Assembly (NCBI GenBank): GCA_038314665.1
Contig: GCA_038314665.1_3677.1
DNA length: 64,000 nt
From: a phage
Direction: 5' to 3' (one strand)
Under the pieces are notes generated by a model. It did no database searches, was not told where the DNA came from, and worked only from the letters and a program-made list of their open reading frames with translations. Shown here piece by piece: positions 56,824 through 64,000 of the stretch. The translations under genes were made by a program, and so were the position numbers. How positions within the stretch are numbered: position 1 is the first letter of the stretch; the number at the start of each line of letters is the position of its first letter.

Positions 56824-58891
56824 ATTTATGGCATCTGCATATAACCGTTTCGGTGAGCCAAACCCGAAAGCAACTAAGTATAAAAGTGGGGGAAGTGTGA
56901 AACGAGACTATCGTGATGAAAAAGAGGTTGAAACTGTAGAGACTGTTTTAGAAAATACTAAAATCGTCCCTGTCCCACAACAAAATATCGGTCTGATGGC
57001 TGCACAATATTTTGGTGTGCGATCAGCATTGTCCCAAGAAGACGGTGTGACAGTTACTGCAACATATTTCCCATATTACGACCGCTACGGGAATCTGTCC
57101 GGTTTCAAAAAGCGTGACTGGACGATCCCCAAAGAGCAACGTGGGCACTTTACGACGGTTGGGATCGTAAAGGCTAACTCCCAAATGTTTGGGCAAAAGC
57201 TGTGTGCATCTTCTAACAACCGTAAGCAGATTAACGTTTGTGAGGGGGAAGGCGATGTTATTGCAGCATGGCAGGCTGCATATCAGATACAAGTAAAAGG
57301 GATTCTCACCAACGCTAAAGCCCCGGCAAAGGTGAAACAGTGGGCTAAAGAGGTCCAGGACGGGATCGATGCAGTTATCAACGGGGGTGATCTGGCAGGA
57401 AAACCCTGCCTGCCTTTTGTTGGAATTAACTGTGGATGTGCAAACGCAGTAGATACTTTTGCAAACAATGAGAAATTTATCCGTAGCTACGGAACAGTGG
57501 TCCTTGCAATGGACAACGATGCAGCTAACGAGGTAGAGAAGCAAAAACACGTTATCAAAGGTGTTGAAGCCACACATAATATCGCGGCATTTTTGATGGC
57601 TGATAACGTTTACCACGTGGAATACCCAAGTGAGGTAAACGACCCTGACGGTGTAAAAGATATCCGTGACATGCTGAAGGCTAAAAAGCTGGAAGATATT
57701 GTCAACATGTTCCGTCACCCAGTCAAATATGTGCCTGATGCTGTATCTGATTTAGAAGACTTCTCCATTGAATCTCTTCGTAAGAAGACTTCTAATGGCG
57801 TAGATATCAGCGCGGAGTTCCCTAAATTGCAGAAGATGCTGAAAGGACTTCACAAAGGCACCTTGATGATGCTGACAGGCCCATCTGGTGGTGGTAAAAC
57901 AACTGTAGCCAAGAAACTAGAGCACTGTATTGCAAAATACTTGATGGATCCGACATGCCCTAAAGCCGATGATTATGAAGAGGATGATCGCCTGTGTCTG
58001 ATTCACCTTGAAGAGGACCCTGAGGAAGCAATTAACTCTCTATACGCCAACCAGTTGGGGTTTGATGTTAAAGAGTTTGTTGAAGACCCTAGTCAGTTCC
58101 TGACTGATCAGGAGCATGCTGAGATTCACCAATCTTGGGCCAAGGCGGGAAAAATCAAAGTGTTCAAGCATTTTGGGTCTATTCCTGTAGATGAGTTGAT
58201 CACTAAGCTTAAACAAATGGTGTGTCTGTATCACTGCCGTTATATTGTGCTGGATCACCTGTCCATGGTAATTTCAGGGCTTAATGTTAAGGATGAGCGA
58301 AAAGAGCTGGACATGGCTATGACCCAACTAGCCGCGTTCTGTAAGCAGTTTAATGTGTTTATCTTGGTGATCGCTCACCTGAAACGCACAGAGATTGTGC
58401 CTCCAAAGGACAAGGATGGGAATCCGTTACCTTTCTGGTATCCTGTACGAAAAGAGAACCTTCGGGGTAGTGCCGGATTGGAGCAACTTAGCTGGGTAGT
58501 TGTTGGGGTGGAGGCAGAAGAGATGGTGGATCGTTCCCGTGGACGTGTCCGACTGGTAGGTCTTAAAAACCGCCCAGCAAAAACGTTAGGCATTGCGGAT
58601 ACCTTAGTTATGGATCCTCACACAGGTAAGTTCCATGATGCCAGCAACTGGTACTGGGACAAAGAAATGCAGATGTTCACAGACGGAGAAGGTGGGGAGG
58701 TTGTTTGGAGACCTCAAGCTATGTTTGAGGATCAAGAGCACGCAGTTGTAGAAACACCTGTAGGTAGGGTTGTGGCTGATAAGGTTGTAACTCCTACTGT
58801 TAACCATGTTGACACACAAGAAGACCTTCCGTATGATGATCCGTCCTCTGACCCTGTTCCCGGTTTTGAAGACGATGAAACACCTTTTTAA
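56813..58891 (+). CDS. primase-helicase (TOPRIM-like N-terminal region plus DnaB/gp4-like helicase)
   Basis: 692 aa; acidic VCEGEGDVIAA and AMDNDAANE in N-terminal half; helicase Walker A LTGPSGGGKT, Walker B IVLDHLSMV, motif NLRGSAGLEQ in C-terminal half; no N-terminal Cys4 zinc domain. Confidence 0.6.
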   Translation: MGSKFMASAYNRFGEPNPKATKYKSGGSVKRDYRDEKEVETVETVLENTKIVPVPQQNIGLMAAQYFGVRSALSQEDGVTVTATYFPYYDRYGNLSGFKKRDWTIPKEQRGHFTTVGIVKANSQMFGQKLCASSNNRKQINVCEGEGDVIAAWQAAYQIQVKGILTNAKAPAKVKQWAKEVQDGIDAVINGGDLAGKPCLPFVGINCGCANAVDTFANNEKFIRSYGTVVLAMDNDAANEVEKQKHVIKGVEATHNIAAFLMADNVYHVEYPSEVNDPDGVKDIRDMLKAKKLEDIVNMFRHPVKYVPDAVSDLEDFSIESLRKKTSNGVDISAEFPKLQKMLKGLHKGTLMMLTGPSGGGKTTVAKKLEHCIAKYLMDPTCPKADDYEEDDRLCLIHLEEDPEEAINSLYANQLGFDVKEFVEDPSQFLTDQEHAEIHQSWAKAGKIKVFKHFGSIPVDELITKLKQMVCLYHCRYIVLDHLSMVISGLNVKDERKELDMAMTQLAAFCKQFNVFILVIAHLKRTEIVPPKDKDGNPLPFWYPVRKENLRGSAGLEQLSWVVVGVEAEEMVDRSRGRVRLVGLKNRPAKTLGIADTLVMDPHTGKFHDASNWYWDKEMQMFTDGEGGEVVWRPQAMFEDQEHAVVETPVGRVVADKVVTPTVNHVDTQEDLPYDDPSSDPVPGFEDDETPF

Positions 58892-58949
58892 TGTTTAACC
58901 AAGAGTGGGAGGGGTAGTACAACCGCCTCCCCTTTAAGGAGAACTGTAT

Positions 58950-61379
58950 ATGAGTATGTGGTCTTTCGACCTGGAGGCCTCTGGTTTACTAGAAGACCTA
59001 GATCTTTATTATCACTGCGGCTTGTTTAAAGAGCTGAATAAGAACCGTTTTATGCTGTTCCTTCCTCTAAATGACCGCACACACTACTCTGAAGAGGATA
59101 TAGAGAAGGCTAAGAACTTTATTCTGGCAAAGAAAACTCTTTATAAAGATTTTGAAGTTCGCATAGCAGATTTTTCAGAGTTGGAAGGTTGGCTTACAGG
59201 CAATTCTGACTGGTCACCCACAGCTTTGAACTGCCACAACTGCTACAGCTACGACTTTATGCTGATGGAGAGATTGTCCGGTATTCATTTTGATATGTTC
59301 CGTGATCCTAAGTGTATGGGGACTATCAACGACCACCAGGTTAATCTGTTTGATACATTGGCTATGAGCCGAATTTTGTGGCCTGACCGACCTTTGCCAA
59401 AAGGTTGTCCAGACTCAGTATTTAACCCGGTTACTAAGAAAATGCAGCCTGTTGGACCTCACGGTCTTATGGCATGGGGCTACGCCCTTGGTAACCAGAA
59501 AGTTCAAATTGATGACTGGCGCGATCTCCCGTTGTGGAAGTATGTGGATCGTGTATTCGAGGACGTTATCATCCAGGAGCTACTCTGGAAAGAGCTGGTA
59601 GCGGAATCAAAAGGTGTATTCTACGGCAAATCTGACATGCAGAACTTTATGTACGATCCAGCCAAAGAGAAGCCGAAAGGGTTCAAGAAGATCACCTGGA
59701 AGAACGCATTACGTCGAGGCATGCTGCAGCACTTCCTGATGGAGCTGCAGGCCCGTCAGGGTGTATACTTCGACATAGATGGAGCTATTGCTTTACGTGA
59801 CCGTTGCGATGCGTGGATGAAAGAAATAGCTGATCGTGTTGAACCACAACTGCCTTTAAAAGAGCTGTCAATGTCTCAGCGGCCCAAATTCCCTGAAAAG
59901 CCGTTTAACCAAGACGGGACAATCTCTAATAATGGTTGGAAATGGTTAAAAGATAAGCTTGGCTATCCTGTAGACATGAGCGCTTTAGAGTTCAAAGCCC
60001 CGCCTAAGAGAGCATTTACCTCTACAGGGGATGTCAGCAAGATGGGGATAAAATGGTGTGAAGAGATGGGCTGCAAAGACCCCGATAAGATGGCTGATTT
60101 CTTGAGAGGCTATATTAAGGGCACTTCCACACCACACCCTTTGCCTAAAGAGCTGATGGATCAGGCAATAAGTGATCTACAGCAGAAGCGAATGCCGGAC
60201 TGCAAGATACCTATGAAAATCAGCAATCAGGACGACATTAAGCGGTATCTGATCAGCGCTGGCTGGCTCCCGACAATGTGGAGAACTAAGGATGTAACTA
60301 AAGACAGCAAGAAGAAAGCTCTACCTGATGCAGATGTTGATGCACGAGTATATGCTTATATGGACGAGCTTTTAGAGTCAGAGTATTGTGACCTAATTAT
60401 CAACTTCTGGAACAAAACTGATGCTAAGTTCCAGACAACCGTGCACAAGTTCCGAAGCTTTCCTAACTCCGAAAGGATTAAAAAGGAAGTGTTCGGGAAA
60501 ATACGTAGAAAAGCCAGGGCACTTATTACTTCTCCGCAACTGAAAGATACGTTTGGACACCTGTGCCCGAATCTTGAAAAATTGAACGGAGAGATGGCTA
60601 AAGATATCGTCTTGTGGTTATCATTGCGAAACCGCAGATCGGTCCTTGACCCAATCAAGGAGGATAAGGTTGATACTGGTCTTCTTAATCACCCACGTTT
60701 GAAGATTGACCATAAGCTTCCTGCTAAAAGTTCTGGGCTAACAAACACTTCCAGACAGAAACACAGTATTTGTGCAAACATGCCTAAACCATCTCCTAAA
60801 GTGGTTATGGGTAAAGAGATGCGTAGTCTATGGGGTGTTCCTCCTGGATACTTTCAGATCGGTATTGACGGGTCCAACTTAGAGCAGCTTATCGGGGCTT
60901 GGGGTGCCTTTGAGTTCGACAACGGCCTGTATTATGATGTTGTAAGTAACGGAGACGCACACCAAAACAATGCTGAGGCATATACAAAAGTAGCAGGCAG
61001 AGAGGTGTCCCGTAACGACGGTAAACCTATCACGTATGGTGTTATGTACGGGGCACAAAAAGATAAAGTTGCAGATATGCTGGACATCTCTCCAGAGTTG
61101 GGGCAAAGGGTAATAGATGCACTTTGGGATGCCAACCCCGGTCTTAAGGGGCGCAAAGAGGATCTGGAGAAATTCTGGGAAGCAACAGGTAAGAAGTTTA
61201 TCTACTCTTTTGATGGTCATGCTATCTGGACCCGATCTAAACACTCTTTACTTAATGCATACCAACAAAATGGTGGTGCATCGCTGTGTGACTTAGTCGG
61301 GATACTCATGCACCACCAAATGGTGAAGCGTGGGTGGTACGATGAAGGTGTCCGTCGTATTATTTATTACCATAAATAA
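58950..61379 (+). CDS. family A DNA polymerase, exon 1 (exonuclease, motif A and motif B)
   Basis: 809-aa ORF; N-terminal FDLEASGL (Exo I DxE), motif A GIDGSNLEQL, motif B RNDGKPITYGVMYGA; ORF stops before a canonical motif C region is completed. Confidence 0.65.
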   Translation: MSMWSFDLEASGLLEDLDLYYHCGLFKELNKNRFMLFLPLNDRTHYSEEDIEKAKNFILAKKTLYKDFEVRIADFSELEGWLTGNSDWSPTALNCHNCYSYDFMLMERLSGIHFDMFRDPKCMGTINDHQVNLFDTLAMSRILWPDRPLPKGCPDSVFNPVTKKMQPVGPHGLMAWGYALGNQKVQIDDWRDLPLWKYVDRVFEDVIIQELLWKELVAESKGVFYGKSDMQNFMYDPAKEKPKGFKKITWKNALRRGMLQHFLMELQARQGVYFDIDGAIALRDRCDAWMKEIADRVEPQLPLKELSMSQRPKFPEKPFNQDGTISNNGWKWLKDKLGYPVDMSALEFKAPPKRAFTSTGDVSKMGIKWCEEMGCKDPDKMADFLRGYIKGTSTPHPLPKELMDQAISDLQQKRMPDCKIPMKISNQDDIKRYLISAGWLPTMWRTKDVTKDSKKKALPDADVDARVYAYMDELLESEYCDLIINFWNKTDAKFQTTVHKFRSFPNSERIKKEVFGKIRRKARALITSPQLKDTFGHLCPNLEKLNGEMAKDIVLWLSLRNRRSVLDPIKEDKVDTGLLNHPRLKIDHKLPAKSSGLTNTSRQKHSICANMPKPSPKVVMGKEMRSLWGVPPGYFQIGIDGSNLEQLIGAWGAFEFDNGLYYDVVSNGDAHQNNAEAYTKVAGREVSRNDGKPITYGVMYGAQKDKVADMLDISPELGQRVIDALWDANPGLKGRKEDLEKFWEATGKKFIYSFDGHAIWTRSKHSLLNAYQQNGGASLCDLVGILMHHQMVKRGWYDEGVRRIIYYHK

Positions 61380-61646
61380 CATTGTGGCTTCATAGAGTAA
61401 TCTATGTCGAATAACCTCTTTAACTGCGGGAAGCCTAAACCTTATGGCAAGGTAATCCGCAACGAAGCGCTCAAAAGAGCGAACGCTCAGAGGCCATTCC
61501 GAAAGGAAGTAGACCAGCAAGTGCGGTCGAAATGGGAGGATTCCTGTGGTTGCTTATCATAGGAATATGAGATGGTCCGATCCTACGTGAAAACGTATGG
61601 CTATGCACGTAATGGTGCGGGGTAGCTTAACGACCTACCTGAACTA
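61380..61646 (+). ncRNA. putative group I self-splicing intron core in the DNA polymerase gene
   Basis: Non-coding gap containing, in order, P-like CTGCGGGAAG, Q-like AATCCGCAAC, R-like GCTCAGAGGCCA and S-like GAGATGGTCC elements with short hairpins between; exact splice sites not determined, 5' site probably lies inside the last codons of exon 1. Confidence 0.5.
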
Positions 61647-62003
61647 TTGGATGAGTACCAACTTCAAGTGCCTGACACACCGAAGTATAAGACTGTGTAC
61701 ACCTTCGACACAATTGAAGAACTGGAAGCATTTAAGGCAGAGCAGGAGGCCAAACTTCATGTGTTCGACGGTCATAAGTACAAAAAGGCACGCAAGGATG
61801 AGGACGGAAACGAAGTGGTTGACAGAGACGGAAACACGGTGTACGATCCTATTCTGAACGATGACGGAAAGCTTGAACTTATCTGGAGCCCTGTGGGTGA
61901 AATGGTGGTGCATTGCTTCTGGCAAGCTTCTAAAATGATGGGAGTCCCGTTCCAGATCACAGGTGAATACTTGTGTGGTCGTAACTGGGGTGATTGTCAC
62001 TAA
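61647..62003 (+). CDS. family A DNA polymerase, candidate exon 2 (C-terminal segment)
   Basis: Frame opens at 61626 without ATG or RBS; ends ...GRNWGDCH, resembling the conserved pol A C-terminus ending in His (E. coli pol I ...GENWDQAH, T7 ...GPNWAICH, recalled). Confidence 0.45.
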   Translation: MDEYQLQVPDTPKYKTVYTFDTIEELEAFKAEQEAKLHVFDGHKYKKARKDEDGNEVVDRDGNTVYDPILNDDGKLELIWSPVGEMVVHCFWQASKMMGVPFQITGEYLCGRNWGDCH

Positions 62004-62052
62004 TGTAAACCATCAGCACAGGGAGGTGCTGTTGAGCAAAGAGGAGACTTTT

Positions 62053-62337
62053 ATGGTAGTAGAGCCAACAAAAACATTTACATCCATGACCATTCCTGTT
62101 ATTATGCAGGTGGAGTGTGTTCAGGTATCTCAAGTGTGGCCCGGCACCAAAATCCCAACAGGGCCTGATTTCTTTCAGGTTGGGAAAGTGTACAATGTCT
62201 GGAAGGCACCAGATTGTTACCCTTTCATTAAAGATGACCGTGGGATGCTGTGGTACCTTGGAAATGACTTGACACTGCACCTTGGGAATACTATTATTGC
62301 AGTATTCAGACTTAACAAGAAGGAGACCGATCAATGA
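62053..62337 (+). CDS. small paralogue family B, member 1
   Basis: ATG 62053 with GAGGAG RBS (track ORF starts earlier at 61963); motif FFQVGKVY...IKDDRGMLWYL. Confidence 0.45.
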   Translation: MVVEPTKTFTSMTIPVIMQVECVQVSQVWPGTKIPTGPDFFQVGKVYNVWKAPDCYPFIKDDRGMLWYLGNDLTLHLGNTIIAVFRLNKKETDQ

Positions 62338-62561
62338 CGACTTTGGTTAAAGCTACCTTTGTAGAAGAAAAGATGACAGACCTGTCATTCTTTAAAGAAG
62401 GAAAGACCTACGAGGTTTATTACGATAAAGCTCGTGCAAACAAAATGATTAAAGACGAGGAAGGGGTTGCCTGGTATATCTCTCACCTGGCAAACGGTGA
62501 GTATCATATCTACGGAACCACTTTGCTTGCCAAGTTTGTAGTTGTTGAAGAGGACCTATGA
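62334..62561 (+). CDS. small paralogue family B, member 2
   Basis: 75 aa; FFKEGKTY...IKDEEGVAWYI. Confidence 0.45.
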   Translation: MTTLVKATFVEEKMTDLSFFKEGKTYEVYYDKARANKMIKDEEGVAWYISHLANGEYHIYGTTLLAKFVVVEEDL

Positions 62562-62752
62562 AAGTAAAGTATCTTGCTGAAGGTATGAATAGGTATTTTA
62601 CCCTTGGTGAAGAATATTGGCCCTTTACAAACAACGGCGATGTCTACGTGAAAGATAATTTCGGCACGCCGTGGTTTCTGCACTCTAATGGGCTGGGATA
62701 CTCCATTTACTGCGGTGCAGTGAACAACACAACTCTTGCAGAGTTCGTTTAG
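62558..62752 (+). CDS. small paralogue family B, member 3
   Basis: 64 aa; YFTLGEEY...VKDNFGTPWFL. Confidence 0.45.
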   Translation: MKVKYLAEGMNRYFTLGEEYWPFTNNGDVYVKDNFGTPWFLHSNGLGYSIYCGAVNNTTLAEFV

Positions 62753-62762
62753 AGGAGGTAGG

Positions 62763-63134
62763 ATGTTAGTAAAAGGTACCCACACAGTTAAACAACGTAT
62801 TGAAGTTGAGATTGATGATTGTGAGCTGAAGCATATTTTACGGTCATGCTCCAACGTTTTGCTCCTTAGTATTCTTCAGGAGCGAGCGGAGAACGAGTTC
62901 TTAAATGCATTGGCAGGCCGTCCCGGTGACTTCTGTGTGCGTAAGCGTGGTGACAACAAGTCGTGGTTGTGGGAGATCGATGCCGACTGGGATTACCACA
63001 AAAATGAGGGTATAGATGAGCCTATTCGTGAACTGACTGAAAACGAAGTTCAGATGTACGAAGATGTTTGCCAGTGGGCAAAAAGTCAACAAACCTACCT
63101 TGATCCTTGGTGGATGATTGAAAATAGTCGTTGA
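62763..63134 (+). CDS. hypothetical protein
   Basis: ATG 62763 with GAGGAGG RBS (track start 62736). Confidence 0.45.
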   Translation: MLVKGTHTVKQRIEVEIDDCELKHILRSCSNVLLLSILQERAENEFLNALAGRPGDFCVRKRGDNKSWLWEIDADWDYHKNEGIDEPIRELTENEVQMYEDVCQWAKSQQTYLDPWWMIENSR

Positions 63135-63159
63135 CAAGAAGTAAAGTTAGATGTAAGAT
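63131..63159 (+). promoter_or_regulatory. sigma70-like promoter (TTGACA-N17-TAAGAT)
   Basis: -35 TTGACA 63131-63136, 17-nt spacer, -10 TAAGAT 63154-63159, upstream of 63211 ORF. Confidence 0.5.
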
Positions 63160-63210
63160 ACTCCCCACAAACAGAGTATTGATTGTTAAATAATTAAGGA
63201 GACCTCCAAG

Positions 63211-63465
63211 ATGAAAATCATGTTGAAACCAGAATGCGTTGCAAACGACCGAGCTTTTAAAGATTGCACACTTGGCACTATTTATGAAGCAGAGTTTTGT
63301 GAGAACCCTTTGGTAAAAGCCCTTTTGGAAGAAGGGGCCCCTTTATCACAAGAAGAGATTGATGAGCTGGAAAACTCAGTACAGTGCCTTACCTTTAAAG
63401 ATGATGAAGGAGACTCTGTCTGGTGCACTGTTAATGAAGTAGTTTTTGTAAAACCTGAACATTAA
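63211..63465 (+). CDS. small paralogue family B, member 4
   Basis: 84 aa; AFKDCTLGTIY...FKDDEGDSVWCT; AAGGAGA RBS. Confidence 0.5.
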   Translation: MKIMLKPECVANDRAFKDCTLGTIYEAEFCENPLVKALLEEGAPLSQEEIDELENSVQCLTFKDDEGDSVWCTVNEVVFVKPEH

Positions 63466-63468
63466 TAC

Positions 63469-63497
63469 TTGACAACAGTGATGGGGCCTAATATAAT
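63469..63497 (+). promoter_or_regulatory. consensus sigma70 promoter (TTGACA-N17-TATAAT) with flanking palindrome
   Basis: -35 TTGACA 63469-63474, 17-nt spacer, -10 TATAAT 63492-63497; GGGCC...GGCCC inverted repeat brackets the -10. Confidence 0.55.
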
Positions 63498-63528
63498 GGC
63501 CCTATCAAAACGAAAGGGGACCACAGCA

Positions 63529-63801
63529 ATGACCAAACAATATCAACGAATTAAAGCCAAGGTTAAGCCAGACTATCTGGAGAAAGACTCTGCTTTTCGG
63601 GACTGCACAGCTGACAAAGTTTACACAGGGGCCGTCCTGTTGAACGATGAACTTGAAGTAGATATTCTGGGTAAAGAGGCAACTATTAAGGACGACCAAG
63701 GCGATTATGTTTGCTGCACCACACGTGAGCTAGAAATCTTAGAATACTTCGGTGAAATCTTCACCTCTCTTGATGATTACTTAGATGATGAGGAAGCGTG
63801 A
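63529..63801 (+). CDS. small paralogue family B, member 5
   Basis: ATG 63529 downstream of the consensus promoter (track start 63469 would place the promoter inside the gene); SAFRDCTADKVY...IKDDQGDYVCCT. Confidence 0.5.
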   Translation: MTKQYQRIKAKVKPDYLEKDSAFRDCTADKVYTGAVLLNDELEVDILGKEATIKDDQGDYVCCTTRELEILEYFGEIFTSLDDYLDDEEA

Positions 63802-64000
63802 TGAAAAATATTTGGGATATTGATATCTTTAAAGCCTCTAAGCTTGATGGTGCTGATGGAGTGATTATGGTGTCTGATGGCAAGGCAACACTAACTTCCG
63901 GAGATATCATCTATGCATTGGACGAGCTGGCACTTCTGAAATCTACTGGTAACACTTTGGAGGAGCGTCTTCAAGGATTCGCTTTCAAAGAAGGTACAAA
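63801..64000 (+). CDS. hypothetical protein (5' part; continues beyond window)
   Basis: ATG overlapping upstream stop (ATGA); open to the window end. Confidence 0.4.
   Translation, partial: MKNIWDIDIFKASKLDGADGVIMVSDGKATLTSGDIIYALDELALLKSTGNTLEERLQGFAFKEGT

Noticed and set aside
58950-61379. Polymerase ORF as a truncated pseudogene
   Set aside because: The downstream frame carries a polymerase-like C-terminus and the intervening sequence has intron-like core elements, so a split functional gene is more likely than decay
61380-61646. Possible tRNA gene in the gap after the polymerase ORF
   Set aside because: No acceptor/T-arm cloverleaf could be drawn and no GTTCGAATC-like T-loop in context; the group I intron core elements explain the region better
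61597-61857. 86-aa plus-strand ORF overlapping the intron/exon 2 region, and the minus-strand ORF 61293..61520
   Set aside because: Low-complexity translations overlapping the structured non-coding region; the 61647 frame with the polymerase-like C-terminus is preferred
1-64000. CRISPR arrays, rRNA or tRNA genes, integrase, transposase, attachment sites
   Set aside because: No direct-repeat/spacer periodicity, no RNA-gene signatures and no recombinase motifs seen by eye; the window looks like a lytic phage segment

Overview
This 64-kb window reads as part of a large tailed dsDNA phage genome, almost entirely coding, with no integrase, repressor, rRNA, tRNA or CRISPR array seen. It has three blocks. 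(1) Positions 1-38090, plus strand: a contractile-tail virion module with sheath, tube, a frameshifted chaperone pair, tape measure, baseplate genes (V/W/J/I-like), at least six fibre or spike genes, a tail-fibre assembly protein and an 1875-aa Ig-domain protein. (2) Positions 38134-45155, minus strand: an inverted accessory island carrying a VWA + HExxH metallopeptidase protein, four tandem small paralogues, a HAD phosphatase, a phosphoesterase-like protein and Cys-rich proteins. (3) Positions 45232-64000, plus strand: early and replication genes including a MoxR-like AAA+ ATPase, a secreted SleB-like hydrolase, rIIA/rIIB-like proteins, a Dda/PIF1-like helicase, a C5-methyltransferase-like protein, a primase-helicase, and a family A DNA polymerase that appears split by a group I intron, followed by a second small-paralogue family behind sigma70-like promoters. 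The best candidate for an undescribed system is the minus-strand island together with the oppositely placed MoxR ATPase, and the two small-paralogue arrays. All functional calls rest on motifs recognised by eye and on gene order; no database search was run.
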